DNA of 46,717 bases from assembly GCA_017643965.1 (NCBI GenBank), contig JAEPMM010000001.1, positions 1 to 46,717 on the forward strand, given 5' to 3'. How positions within the stretch are numbered: the stretch's first letter is position 1; the number at the start of each line of letters is the position of its first letter. Both the position numbers and the translations under genes were made by a program. This DNA is from Marinobacter sp. (GTDB taxonomy: Bacteria; Pseudomonadota; Gammaproteobacteria; Pseudomonadales; Oleiphilaceae). This document shows positions 18,794 through 29,345 of this stretch, piece by piece. The notes under the pieces were generated by a model. That model saw only the letters and a program-made list of their open reading frames with translations. It was not told the origin of the DNA and searched no databases.

Positions 18794-19975
18794 ATGACAG
18801 TATCAGATCGCTGGTTGCTGCCCGATGGCGTGGAAGACATTCTGCCGCCTCTTGCAGGACAGATAGAATCCCTGCGCCGCGACGTAATGGACACCTGCCA
18901 GCGCTGGGGGTACCAACTGGTCATCCCGCCGCTGATTGAATACCTCGAAAGCCTGTTTACCGGGACCGGTCACGATCTGGAGCTGCAAACGTTCAAACTG
19001 ACCGATCAGCTGACCGGCAGAATGATGGGCGTGCGCGCAGACATGACGCCACAGGCCGCACGCATTGATGCCCACACCCTCGGCCAGGATGGCATTACCC
19101 GCCTGTGTTACGCCGGGCATGTGCTCCACACCCGCCCGCGCCACATGCTGACGGGCCGCACGCCGATTCAGGCCGGTTGCGAGCTGTTTGGCAGTGCTTC
19201 CGAGGCGGCCGACCTGGAAGTGATCAGCCTGATGCTGGAAACCCTGCGGGTGGCGGGATTGCCGCGAATCCACCTGGATCTGGCGCATGTCGCCATTTAT
19301 GAAACGCTGATGGGCGAGGCCCGGTTTGATCGTGATACCTCGGCTGCGATCTTCGACGCCATGGCGCGGAAGTCGGTGCCGGAGCTGGATGAGTTGCTGG
19401 GAGACTGTGCCGCGGATTCTGCCGGTGGCCGTCTGCGCGCGCTGGCGCGGGTCAGCGGTGGTCCGGAAGCTCTGGCCGATGCGCGACAGATCCTGGCCGG
19501 CGCTCCGGAAGCGCTGACCGCCGCCCTCGACCAGCTGGGGCGTGTCGCGGATCTGCTGACACGGGATTTTCCGGAAATCAGTTTCGGTTTCGATTTCTGT
19601 GAATTGCGGGGTTACAACTACCACACCGGGCTGGTTTTCGCCGCGTACGTGCCGGGTCATGGCGATGCCGTGGCCAAAGGCGGTCGATACGACTCGATCG
19701 GCAGCGATTTTGGCCGTGCCAGGCCGGCCACAGGCTTCAGCCTGGATATTCGCGCACTGGTGTCGCTGGGCGAGCGCGTCTCGCGCCGGGCCGGGGCGAT
19801 CTGGGCACCGGCCGATGCCGACCCGGCGCTGGAAAGCGTGATTGTCGGTTTGCGGATGACCGAAAGCGTTGTGCGGGCATTGCCCGAGGATGCAGATGCA
19901 GACCCCGCAAAGCGTGGCTGTGACAGAATTTTGGTAAAGCGTGACGGCCAGTGGGTCGTGGATCAACTGGGCTGA
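18794..19975 (+). CDS. hisZ: ATP phosphoribosyltransferase regulatory subunit HisZ
   Basis: Start at ATG 18794 (MTVSDRWLLPDG). RADMTPQAARIDAH, ELRGYNYHTG and GGRYD; directly upstream of purA. Confidence 0.93.
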   Translation: MTVSDRWLLPDGVEDILPPLAGQIESLRRDVMDTCQRWGYQLVIPPLIEYLESLFTGTGHDLELQTFKLTDQLTGRMMGVRADMTPQAARIDAHTLGQDGITRLCYAGHVLHTRPRHMLTGRTPIQAGCELFGSASEAADLEVISLMLETLRVAGLPRIHLDLAHVAIYETLMGEARFDRDTSAAIFDAMARKSVPELDELLGDCAADSAGGRLRALARVSGGPEALADARQILAGAPEALTAALDQLGRVADLLTRDFPEISFGFDFCELRGYNYHTGLVFAAYVPGHGDAVAKGGRYDSIGSDFGRARPATGFSLDIRALVSLGERVSRRAGAIWAPADADPALESVIVGLRMTESVVRALPEDADADPAKRGCDRILVKRDGQWVVDQLG

Positions 19976-19980
19976 ATTGA

Positions 19981-21285
<1,305 letters not shown>

Positions 21286-21298
21286 GGTCGAGGCCATG

Positions 21299-21327
21299 AA
21301 AAAACCCGCTCACGAGCGGGTTTTTTT
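21299..21327. terminator. Bidirectional terminator between purA and cmoB
   Basis: AAAAAACCCGCTC-AC-GAGCGGGTTTTTTT. Confidence 0.88.
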
Positions 21328-21354
21328 GTTCTTCCGGAGTGCAAACGGCTGCGG

Positions 21355-22347
21355 TCAGGGTTTTTCGGCAATGACGGTCGCCCGTTTGGGGCCCGGATAG
21401 CCTTCGATGGTCTTGCCGGGATCGTCCGGATCGAGAAAATCCTCAAGCGAATTGAAACGCATCCAGTCGGTGCGCCGCTGCTCGTCGGTGGTGGTGTCGG
21501 TGACATCCACCACCCGGGCATTGCGGAACCCGGTACGGTCAAGCCAGCGCAGCAGGGTGTCGCAGCTGGGCAGGAACCACACATTGCGCATCTGCCCGTA
21601 GCGGTCCTCCGGCATCAGGCTGTAGCCCTCGGGGCCATCCACCACCAGCGTTTCCAGAACCAGTTGACCGCCGCGGCGCAGGGTGTCCTTCAGTTCCAGC
21701 AGGTGATCCAGTGGCGAGCGGCGATGATAAAGCACGCCCATGGAGAAGGTGGTGTCGAAGGCTTCCAGCCCCGACGGCAGATCTTCCATGCGCACTGGTA
21801 ACAGGTCCACCGGTGCGTCGGGAGTGTAGCGTTTAACGCTGAGGAACTGGAACAGGAACAACAGGCCCGGATCAATGCCGATCACCCGGGCGGCGTCGTC
21901 ACCCAGCATGCGCCAGCAGTGATAGCCCGAGCCACAACCGACATCGAGAATGCGGCGGCCACGGAGGTCCGCCAGGTAGGGGGCGACACGGTCCCACTTC
22001 CAGTCGGAGCGCCATTCGGTGTCGACATAGGTGCCGAAAAAGTCGAACGGCCCCTTACGCCAGGGCATCAGCCCCCGCAGCCCGCTTTCCAGCTGCGCAC
22101 GCTGGGCCCGGGTCAGCGGCGCATCGCTGCCCAGGGTGATGGCGGATGCGTCGAGGCGAACGGTCGGATGGTCGATGTCCGGGAGCTGGCCCAGCGCATC
22201 CATCCAGCGCGCAATATCGCCATGGGGGTTCTCGTCAAACCGGCGCCGGAGCTGGCCCCTGAGGGTGTCTGCCCAAGGGTTGTGGCCGTTGTTCGCGAGT
22301 TCCTCAAGAAGTGGCTGGTAGCAATGTTGCCAGTCGAACGTTGCCAT
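21355..22347 (-). CDS. cmoB: tRNA U34 carboxymethyltransferase CmoB
   Basis: LMPWRKGPF, DTEWRSDWKW, LDVGCGSGY, MGVLYHRRSP and MRNVWFLPS. Confidence 0.95.
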   Translation of the reverse strand: MATFDWQHCYQPLLEELANNGHNPWADTLRGQLRRRFDENPHGDIARWMDALGQLPDIDHPTVRLDASAITLGSDAPLTRAQRAQLESGLRGLMPWRKGPFDFFGTYVDTEWRSDWKWDRVAPYLADLRGRRILDVGCGSGYHCWRMLGDDAARVIGIDPGLLFLFQFLSVKRYTPDAPVDLLPVRMEDLPSGLEAFDTTFSMGVLYHRRSPLDHLLELKDTLRRGGQLVLETLVVDGPEGYSLMPEDRYGQMRNVWFLPSCDTLLRWLDRTGFRNARVVDVTDTTTDEQRRTDWMRFNSLEDFLDPDDPGKTIEGYPGPKRATVIAEKP

Positions 22348-22356
22348 GTTGACTCC

Positions 22357-23118
22357 TCAGGCGCGGGATTTGATAGCAAGCATGGACACGAAATTGAAGC
22401 ACTGGTACCAGACGATGACCTGGCCAAAGCCCGCCTTCAGCAATCGGTGCTTGTGCTCCTCAAGGCTTTCCGGTATCAGCACCTGTTCGATGGCCGAGCG
22501 CTTCTGGCTGATCTCAAGGTCTGAATAGCCGTTGGCGCGCTTGAATTCGTGATGAAGCCGGGTCTGGATGTCCTGCTCCTGCGGTGATTCGAACCGGATC
22601 TTTTCCGACAGGATCAGTGCGCCACCGGGGCGGGTGGCATCCGCGATGCGCGTCAGCAGTCTGGCCCGCTCGCCGGGCGGCACGAACTGCAGCGTAAAGT
22701 TCAGCGTGGTCACGGAGGCGTTCTCCAGGGGCGTTGCGAGAATGTCTTCGCAGCGCAGTTGCACCGGCAGAGGGTGGTCATCCAGGGCGATGTAGTGCTC
22801 GCAGCGCTCGATCATGGCGTCGGAATTGTCGACGCCGGTCAGGGTGCAGTCTGCAAACGGAATGCCGTGGCGCATCGCCAGGGTGGAGGCCCCCAGCGAG
22901 CAGCCCAGGTCGTAACAGTTGCTGCCGGCCTGGACATGCTGCTCGGTGATCACTTCGATCATCGGAATGATGGTGGTGTAGCCCGGCACCGAGCGCCGGA
23001 TCATGTCCGGAAACACCCGCGCCACCGACGCATCGAAGCGGAAGTCCTCGGGATTGCGCTCGGTGGCAAACAGGCGGTCGGTTTCCTGCACCGGCGGCTT
23101 GTAGGGCTTGTCAGTCAT
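22357..23118 (-). CDS. cmoA: Carboxy-S-adenosyl-L-methionine synthase CmoA
   Basis: Start at ATG 23118 (MTDKPY). VFPDMIRRSVPGY, YDLGCSLGA, LNFTLQF and FKRANGYSDLEISQKR. Confidence 0.94.
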   Translation of the reverse strand: MTDKPYKPPVQETDRLFATERNPEDFRFDASVARVFPDMIRRSVPGYTTIIPMIEVITEQHVQAGSNCYDLGCSLGASTLAMRHGIPFADCTLTGVDNSDAMIERCEHYIALDDHPLPVQLRCEDILATPLENASVTTLNFTLQFVPPGERARLLTRIADATRPGGALILSEKIRFESPQEQDIQTRLHHEFKRANGYSDLEISQKRSAIEQVLIPESLEEHKHRLLKAGFGQVIVWYQCFNFVSMLAIKSRA

Positions 23119-23464
23119 TGCCGGGTGCGTCCTCTGCTGCCTCCGGCGCCGGCCCGCGGCTGCAACGCACGCCACGGTTCTTGTGGTCCACCAGAATGCC
23201 GCGGAAGTCCGGATCGACATCTGCGGCAATGGCCAGGTAGCCCTGCTCGCAGGCGGCGTGGAGTTCCGACGACTTGGGTGACATGCGGAACTCCTGCCCG
23301 GGGCTGACGTGAATGGCCTGGAATTCGCCCACCGGAATGTTGTCCTTGTTGTTGTCGTGATCAATGCGGCCGCTGACTTCCAGCACGACAACGGTGGCGA
23401 TCACGGCACCGATGGCCGTGGCGATCAGACTGCGGACCGTGAATGTGGCCTCTTTCTCGCTCAT
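23111..23464 (-). CDS. Hypothetical single-pass membrane protein (117 aa, two Cys)
   Basis: ATG 23464 after a GGAG ribosome-binding site; N-terminal hydrophobic helix SLIATAIGAVIATVVVL. Fills the srkA-cmoA gap and overlaps the cmoA start by 8 nt. Confidence 0.7.
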   Translation of the reverse strand: MSEKEATFTVRSLIATAIGAVIATVVVLEVSGRIDHDNNKDNIPVGEFQAIHVSPGQEFRMSPKSSELHAACEQGYLAIAADVDPDFRGILVDHKNRGVRCSRGPAPEAAEDAPGND

Positions 23465-23498
23465 CAGAACATCTCCGGGTAAGTCAGTTCGGCCGTTA

Positions 23499-24500
23499 TC
23501 AGTACTGGCCGGGAATATTGATGGGGGGTGCCTGCAGGGCAGCGAGCTGCTCCCGCATGGACAGAATCTGATCCGACCAGAACCGTGGCTGTACGAACCA
23601 CGGGAAGAACCGCGGGAAGGCCGGGTCGTCCCAGCGGTTGGCCAGCCAGGCGCAATGGGCAATCTGGCGGTAACAGCGCAGCGGCTCGATCAGGTGCCGT
23701 TCACGGCGGTTGAAGTCACGGAACATCTCATAACCCTCGAGAAGTTCGCCAAACTGCGCACCACGCTCGGCATCGTCGCCGTTGAGCAACAGCCACAGAT
23801 CCTGCACGGCCGGCCCGCTGCGGCAATCGTCGAGGTCGACAAACAGCATCTGTTCCTCCCGACACAGGATATTGCCCGCATGGCAGTCGCCGTGCAGGCG
23901 CAGGCTGGCCACATCGCCGGCGTCGTCAATGCGGCGGGCACAGGCATCCTGCAGGTCGGGAATCAGGCTGTCCCAGGCCGGGCGGAGATCCGCCGGAATC
24001 CAGTCGCCCTCGATCAGCAGTCGGTTCTTGCTGATGATGCCGTCAAGAATCGCCATGGCCGGGCGGTGCTCGAAGGGGGATGTTGCCCCCACATTGTGCA
24101 GTTGTCCGAGCCAGGATCCGAGGCGATAGAGCGTATCGGTGACGCTGGTATCCGGTGCCTGCCCACCCCGCTGGGGGAAGACGGCGAACAGGAATTCCTG
24201 CCATCGGCCGAGGGTGTCGCCCGTGGGCAGTGCGACCGGGGCGACTACCGGGATCTGTGCCTCGGTCAGTTCGGCGGTAAACCGGTGTTCCTCACGGATC
24301 TGCGCCTCGGACCAGCGGCCGGGCCGGTAGAATTTGACGATGACCGGCGAGGCGTCCTCGATGCCGATCTGGTACACGCGGTTTTCGTAACTGTTTAGCG
24401 CGAACAGCCGTCCATTGATAACAAAGCCCGCGTTTTCCATGGCATCCAGGATGGTATCCGGAGTGAGGGCGTCGTAAGGATGGCTGGAGGTTTCAGTCAT
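23499..24500 (-). CDS. srkA: Stress response Ser/Thr kinase SrkA (RdoA/YihE)
   Basis: Start at ATG 24500. LNSYENRVYQ, KFYRPGRWS, RLHGDCHAGN, VDLDD and WDDPAFPRFFPWF. Confidence 0.92.
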   Translation of the reverse strand: MTETSSHPYDALTPDTILDAMENAGFVINGRLFALNSYENRVYQIGIEDASPVIVKFYRPGRWSEAQIREEHRFTAELTEAQIPVVAPVALPTGDTLGRWQEFLFAVFPQRGGQAPDTSVTDTLYRLGSWLGQLHNVGATSPFEHRPAMAILDGIISKNRLLIEGDWIPADLRPAWDSLIPDLQDACARRIDDAGDVASLRLHGDCHAGNILCREEQMLFVDLDDCRSGPAVQDLWLLLNGDDAERGAQFGELLEGYEMFRDFNRRERHLIEPLRCYRQIAHCAWLANRWDDPAFPRFFPWFVQPRFWSDQILSMREQLAALQAPPINIPGQY

Positions 24501-24510
24501 AGAGTCGGTT

Positions 24511-24948
24511 TCAGCGCCTTGATTCCTGCCTGGCCAGCATACTGCGGACCTGCATGTTGTTGAGGTGGTACCAGTTTTCGTCAAGCTCCCAGCGAACGCG
24601 CCTGATGCCCGCCGCGCCCAGCACCAGATCGCCGGCGCGCGCCTGTACCCGGGCCAGTTCCCGCTCCGCCATTTGCCAGCCGCGGTCGTCTTCCCTGAGG
24701 TTGCGCATACCGGGAAATATGGTGGTGAGCGCGTAGCGGGTGGAGGTGTCGTGGGAGCGCAGTGAGCTCATGATGGCGGTGGAGCCTTCCACCCGCAGCA
24801 CGCGGTGCTGGTAGGGGTAGTTCGCCACCATCTCGTCGGCCTTGAGCGTCTGGTTCAGGCTGATCACTTCAAACCCTCGCCAACCCAGCCAGCCCACAAA
24901 AAGGGCGGCAACCAGCATAACCGTTAAAAACTGCTTCCTGTCTGACAT
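24511..24948 (-). CDS. Hypothetical membrane-anchored protein (145 aa)
   Basis: N-terminal transmembrane segment (FLTVMLVAALFVGWLGW); ends 10 nt before the srkA start; no family recognised. Confidence 0.7.
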   Translation of the reverse strand: MSDRKQFLTVMLVAALFVGWLGWRGFEVISLNQTLKADEMVANYPYQHRVLRVEGSTAIMSSLRSHDTSTRYALTTIFPGMRNLREDDRGWQMAERELARVQARAGDLVLGAAGIRRVRWELDENWYHLNNMQVRSMLARQESRR

Positions 24949-25104
24949 CTCACACCTGCTTCCTGCATTAACGTGAGCCTGAAGTATACCGTTTCCCCGC
25001 CAGCATCGTCATGCGAATGCAGCGCTGCCGCGGGCTTTTTCCTCCGGTCTGCGTTCTGCGATACTCTCATCCTCTCAATCCTGGCCGGATAAAATCGGGT
25101 GGAC

Positions 25105-26277
25105 ATGGAAAAACAGGCAAAGCCGGGCGCGCTGGAAAGTTCTCAGGTAGAGGGCTCTCAGGTAGGGGGCTCTCAGGTAGAACATTTTCATGTCGATGCC
25201 GTGGTCATCGGTGCCGGGGTGGTGGGCCTGGCTATCGCACGGGAACTGGCGCTGCGGGGACGCGAGGTGCTGGTTGTGGAGCAGGGCGGGTCGATCGGTG
25301 AGGGGATCTCCTCCCGCAACAGTGAGGTCATCCACGCCGGCATCTATTACCCGCCGCAGTCGTTGAAAGCGATGCTGTGCGTGCAGGGTCGGCAGAGGTT
25401 GTACGACTACTGCCAGCGAAGACGAATCGATCACCGGAAAACCGGCAAGTGGATTGTCGCGACTTATTCGGACCAGAGGGCCGAATTGCAGCGCCTGCAG
25501 CATCAGGCCCTTGGCAACGGCGTCGAGCTGGCGCTTATGGAAGCAGAGGCGACCAGGGCCGCCCTGCCGGGTCTGCAAGTTGTTGCGGCATTGCATTCCC
25601 CGGAGACCGGCATCGTAGACACTCATGGCCTGATGCTGGCTTTGCAGGCGGATCTGGAAGCCGCCGGTGGTCAGCTGGTGACCCGGGCGCCGGTGGAGGC
25701 TGCCTGTTCGCAAGCGGGCGAGCATCACCTGACCATCGGCGGCGCCGCGCCCTGTCGGGTGACGGCACGGACGGTGGTGAATGCGGCCGGGCTGGGCGCA
25801 ATTCCGCTGGCCGGGCAGTGGCAGGGGCTGCCATCCTCAGCGATCCCGCGGCAGTGGTTGGCGCGCGGCGTGTACTTTGCTTATAGCGGGCGCCACCCTT
25901 TCGACAGCCTGGTTTACCCGTTACCGGAGCGCGGTGGCCTCGGTGTTCACCTGACGCTGGATCTTGCCGGGCAGGCCCGTTTCGGCCCTGACGTCGAGTG
26001 GATAACCCGGGAGGATTACACCGTGGATCCGCAGCGGGCAAACGCGTTCAGTGCGGCCATCCGGGAGTGGTGGCCCGCACTGGACGCTAGCCGACTTCAG
26101 CCGGCGTATGCCGGTATCCGGCCGAAGCTGGCGGGGCCAGACAGCGGCTTCGTGGATTTCAGGATCGACGGGCCGGATGTCCATGGCATGCCGGGACTGG
26201 TGAATCTGTTTGGCATTGAGTCGCCGGGGCTCACCGCGAGCCTTGCCATTGCCGGGTATGTTGCTGACCGGCTTTAA
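25105..26277 (+). CDS. FAD-dependent oxidoreductase, L-2-hydroxyglutarate oxidase/dehydrogenase (LhgO/DAO-like) family
   Basis: VIGAGVVGLA, SSRNSEVIHAGIYY, GLGVHLTLD, FGPDVEW, YAGIRPK and GIESPGLT. Confidence 0.85.
   Translation: MEKQAKPGALESSQVEGSQVGGSQVEHFHVDAVVIGAGVVGLAIARELALRGREVLVVEQGGSIGEGISSRNSEVIHAGIYYPPQSLKAMLCVQGRQRLYDYCQRRRIDHRKTGKWIVATYSDQRAELQRLQHQALGNGVELALMEAEATRAALPGLQVVAALHSPETGIVDTHGLMLALQADLEAAGGQLVTRAPVEAACSQAGEHHLTIGGAAPCRVTARTVVNAAGLGAIPLAGQWQGLPSSAIPRQWLARGVYFAYSGRHPFDSLVYPLPERGGLGVHLTLDLAGQARFGPDVEWITREDYTVDPQRANAFSAAIREWWPALDASRLQPAYAGIRPKLAGPDSGFVDFRIDGPDVHGMPGLVNLFGIESPGLTASLAIAGYVADRL
25141..25180 (+). repeat. 15-bp in-frame tandem repeat (about 2.7 copies)
   Basis: TCTCAGGTAGAGGGC TCTCAGGTAGGGGGC TCTCAGGTAG, encoding SQVEG-SQVGG-SQV. 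Confidence 0.85.
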
Positions 26278-27008
26278 CCCGGGGTTCTGGCCAGAGCCCA
26301 CACCTGAACATCCTCAGCACCGGCATCCCGCAACGCATCGGTCAGGCTGCGTACTGTAGCGCCGGTGGTAATGACGTCATCCACAATGGCGATACGGCGA
26401 GGCAGCGTGCGGGTGACGGTGAATACCCCCTGAAGATTGGCCAGCCGTTGCTCCCGGCCGAGTTCCCGTTGGGGCCGGGCGTGCCGGCTGCGCCTGACAC
26501 TGCGGGCGCACCAGGGGATGGCGAGACGGCGCGATAGTACCTCGGCAATGTCGTCAGCCTGGTTGAAGCCCCGTTTCCGTCGACGACGACGGTGCATGGG
26601 CGCGGGAATGATCAGCTCCGGAAGGGGCTCGGGGCAGGTTCGCAGATGGTTTTCCAGATAGTCCGCCAGTCCCGCCACCAACGGCCGTGCGAATTTACGC
26701 TGGCCGCGATACTTGTAGCGACCGATCATGGAATCGACCGGATACTGATAGCGCCAGGGGGCCAGTGTACGGGTGAACGTTGGCGGTGTGCGGATGCATT
26801 CGCCACAGGTGAGGGTGGCTGAGGGGATGGCCAGAGGCAGGGCACAGCGTTGGCAGTGCCAGCGGTTCACCGGCAGGTCAGCGCGGCAACCGTCGCATAA
26901 GCCATTGATGGCGCGGTGATCCAGGCAGGCCACGCAATGTCCCGCCTGCTGTTCGCTGTTAACCTTTCGTCCAATCAAGGTTGACAGCAGTTCCAGTCCC
27001 TTTATCAT
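26274..27008 (-). CDS. comF: ComF family protein (double zinc ribbon + phosphoribosyltransferase-like)
   Basis: Four CxxC pairs, RGFNQA and IVDDVITTGAT; divergent from bioB. Confidence 0.88.
   Translation of the reverse strand: MIKGLELLSTLIGRKVNSEQQAGHCVACLDHRAINGLCDGCRADLPVNRWHCQRCALPLAIPSATLTCGECIRTPPTFTRTLAPWRYQYPVDSMIGRYKYRGQRKFARPLVAGLADYLENHLRTCPEPLPELIIPAPMHRRRRRKRGFNQADDIAEVLSRRLAIPWCARSVRRSRHARPQRELGREQRLANLQGVFTVTRTLPRRIAIVDDVITTGATVRSLTDALRDAGAEDVQVWALARTPG
26955..26988. promoter_or_regulatory. BirA-type biotin operator (distal copy, inside comF)
   Basis: GCTGTTAACC-N14-GGTTGACAGC matches the BirA palindrome TGTAAACC-N14/15-GGTTTACA. Confidence 0.7.
26981..27008 (+). promoter_or_regulatory. 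Candidate sigma70 promoter for bioBFHCD
   Basis: TTGACA (26981-26986), 16-bp spacer, TATCAT (27003-27008). Confidence 0.55.
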
Positions 27009-27018
27009 TCGTTTATCC

Positions 27019-27046
27019 GTAAACCAGTAGACCTCGAAAGGTTAAC
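27019..27046. promoter_or_regulatory. BirA-type biotin operator (proximal copy)
   Basis: GTAAACC-N14-GGTTAAC, ending 11 nt before the bioB ATG. Confidence 0.72.
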
Positions 27047-27057
27047 AGGGCCCGATT

Positions 27058-28116
27058 ATGACCGCTACCACACTCCGCCACGACTGGACGCTGCAGGAAG
27101 CCCGCGAGCTGTTCCAATTGCCGTTCAACGATTTGCTGTTCCGCGCCCAGAGCGTGCACCGGGAGTTTTTCGATCCCAACGAAGTGCAGGTGAGCACCCT
27201 GTTGTCCATCAAGACCGGTGCCTGCCCTGAGGATTGTAAGTACTGCCCCCAGAGTGGTCACTACAACACCGGCCTGGAAAAAGAAAAGCTGCTGGAAATT
27301 GAGAAGGTGGTCGCAGAAGCCAAAGCGGCCCGCGAGAAAGGCGCGTCGCGGTTTTGCATGGGCGCAGCCTGGCGCAGCCCGACCAAGAAAGACATGCCCT
27401 ACGTGCTCGACATGGTTCGTCAGGTCAAATCCCTGGGGCTGGAAACCTGCATGACGCTGGGTATGCTCGAGGAAGATCAGGCGACAGAGCTGGCGCAAGC
27501 CGGTCTGGATTACTACAACCACAATCTGGACACCTCCGAGAAGTACTACAGCCACATCATAACCACCCGTACCTACCAGGACCGCCTGGACACCCTCGAC
27601 AACGTGCGCAAGGCCGGCATGAAAGTGTGCTGCGGCGGCATCATGGGCATGGGCGAAGACGAGGATGACCGGGTTGGCCTGCTGATGCAGCTGGCGAATC
27701 TGCCTCATCACCCGGAAAGCGTGCCGGTGAACATGCTGGTCAAGGTCAAGGGCACGCCCATGGAAAACGTGGAGGATCTGGACCCGTTCGATTTCGTGCG
27801 CATCATCGCGGTGGCCCGCATCATGATGCCGGCCTCCCATGTGCGGTTGTCCGCCGGCCGCGAGAACATGAATGAACAGATGCAGGCCCTGTGTTTCATG
27901 GCCGGCGCCAACTCCATTTTCTACGGGGAAAAGCTGCTGACCACGTCGAACCCGGAGGCGGATGCGGACATGGCGCTGTTCCGCCGCCTGGGCATTCGTC
28001 CCGAGCAGCGTGAGCAGTGTGCCACCGAGGAGCAGGAGGAAGAGACCATTGCCGAGGCGGTGGAATACGAGGCGACGCGCCACATGTTCTACGACGCCAC
28101 GCGGGAATCCGCGTAA
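27058..28116 (+). CDS. bioB: Biotin synthase
   Basis: [22 protein letters not shown] and VRLSAGR. Confidence 0.97.
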   Translation: MTATTLRHDWTLQEARELFQLPFNDLLFRAQSVHREFFDPNEVQVSTLLSIKTGACPEDCKYCPQSGHYNTGLEKEKLLEIEKVVAEAKAAREKGASRFCMGAAWRSPTKKDMPYVLDMVRQVKSLGLETCMTLGMLEEDQATELAQAGLDYYNHNLDTSEKYYSHIITTRTYQDRLDTLDNVRKAGMKVCCGGIMGMGEDEDDRVGLLMQLANLPHHPESVPVNMLVKVKGTPMENVEDLDPFDFVRIIAVARIMMPASHVRLSAGRENMNEQMQALCFMAGANSIFYGEKLLTTSNPEADADMALFRRLGIRPEQREQCATEEQEEETIAEAVEYEATRHMFYDATRESA

Positions 28117-28154
28117 ACCGGCCATGGCCAGGCTCATTGCCCAGGAACTGACCC

Positions 28155-29345
28155 GTGCGTGATTTTGCGGCAGAACTCGAACAGCGTAAACAGGCGGGTC
28201 TGTACCGGACCCGTCGGCTGATTTCAGGCCCCCAGCAACCGGATCTGACTGCGGGAGGCCGGCCCCTGCTGTCGTTCTGCAGTAACGATTATCTGGGGCT
28301 GGCGAATCACCCCTCCAACATCGAAGCGCTCCGCAACGCCCTGCCGGAAACCGGGTTGGGCGGCGCCGCGTCCCATCTGATCTGCGGCCATCACGATGCC
28401 CATCATCGGCTGGAGGAACGCCTGGCGGCGTATACCCGGCGCAGCTCGGCGTTGTTTTTTTCCACCGGCTACATGGCCAACATGGGGGTTATCTCGGCGA
28501 TGGCCGGGCGTGGCGACACCATCTTTTCGGACCGCCTCAACCATGCCTCCATCATTGACGGGTGCATTCTCAGTCGCGCCAGGGTGCGGCGCTATCCCCA
28601 CGGTGATGTGGCGGCGCTTGAAGGCATGCTGGCGCAGACGTCCGGCCACAAACTCGTCGTTACTGACGGGGTGTTCAGCATGGACGGCGATGTCGCCCCA
28701 CTGAAGGCGCTGGCCGCCGTGTGTCGCGCCCACGATGCATTACTGGTGGTTGATGACGCCCATGGCCTGGGTGTTCTCGGGCCCGAGGGGCGGGGCAGTG
28801 TTGCAGCTCAGGGGTTGTCAGAAGAGGATGTGCCGGTTCTGATTGGCACCCTGGGCAAGGCGGTGGGTACCAGCGGCGCCTTTGTGGCCGGCCCCCGGGT
28901 GCTGACCGATTATCTGGTCCAGAAAGCCCGTACCTACATCTACACCACGGCGATGCCGCCGGCGCTGGCGGCGGCCACCTGTGCTAGCCTCGATCTGATT
29001 GAGCAGGCGGATGACCGGCGAGCGCATCTGGACTTGCTGGTCAGCCGGTTCCGCAGCGGTGCCACGGCACTGGGTTATCAGTTGATGCCCTCGACTACCC
29101 CGATCCAGCCCATCATGGTTGGCGACAACTGGGCGGCGCTGGCGCTCAGCGAGGCGCTTGAGGCCAGGGGCTTGTTGGTGACCGCCATACGGCCACCCAC
29201 CGTACCGGCGGGAGAAGCCCGGCTGAGGGTCACATTCAGCGCCGCACACACATTGGACGACGTTGACCGGCTTCTGCACGGGTTGGCGGAGTGTTATCCG
29301 GAAAAGGTGGCCGGTTCCGGCTCGACGGCAGAACAAACCGCATGA
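28155..29345 (+). CDS. bioF: 8-amino-7-oxononanoate synthase
   Basis: SNDYLGLA, DRLNHASIIDG, DGVFSMDGD, DDAHG, GTLGKA and AIRPPTVP. Confidence 0.95.
   Translation: MRDFAAELEQRKQAGLYRTRRLISGPQQPDLTAGGRPLLSFCSNDYLGLANHPSNIEALRNALPETGLGGAASHLICGHHDAHHRLEERLAAYTRRSSALFFSTGYMANMGVISAMAGRGDTIFSDRLNHASIIDGCILSRARVRRYPHGDVAALEGMLAQTSGHKLVVTDGVFSMDGDVAPLKALAAVCRAHDALLVVDDAHGLGVLGPEGRGSVAAQGLSEEDVPVLIGTLGKAVGTSGAFVAGPRVLTDYLVQKARTYIYTTAMPPALAAATCASLDLIEQADDRRAHLDLLVSRFRSGATALGYQLMPSTTPIQPIMVGDNWAALALSEALEARGLLVTAIRPPTVPAGEARLRVTFSAAHTLDDVDRLLHGLAECYPEKVAGSGSTAEQTA

Noticed and set aside
25141-25180. CRISPR interpretation of this and the 4222-4263 short repeats
   Set aside because: Units are 14-15 bp with no unique spacers, and there are no cas genes.
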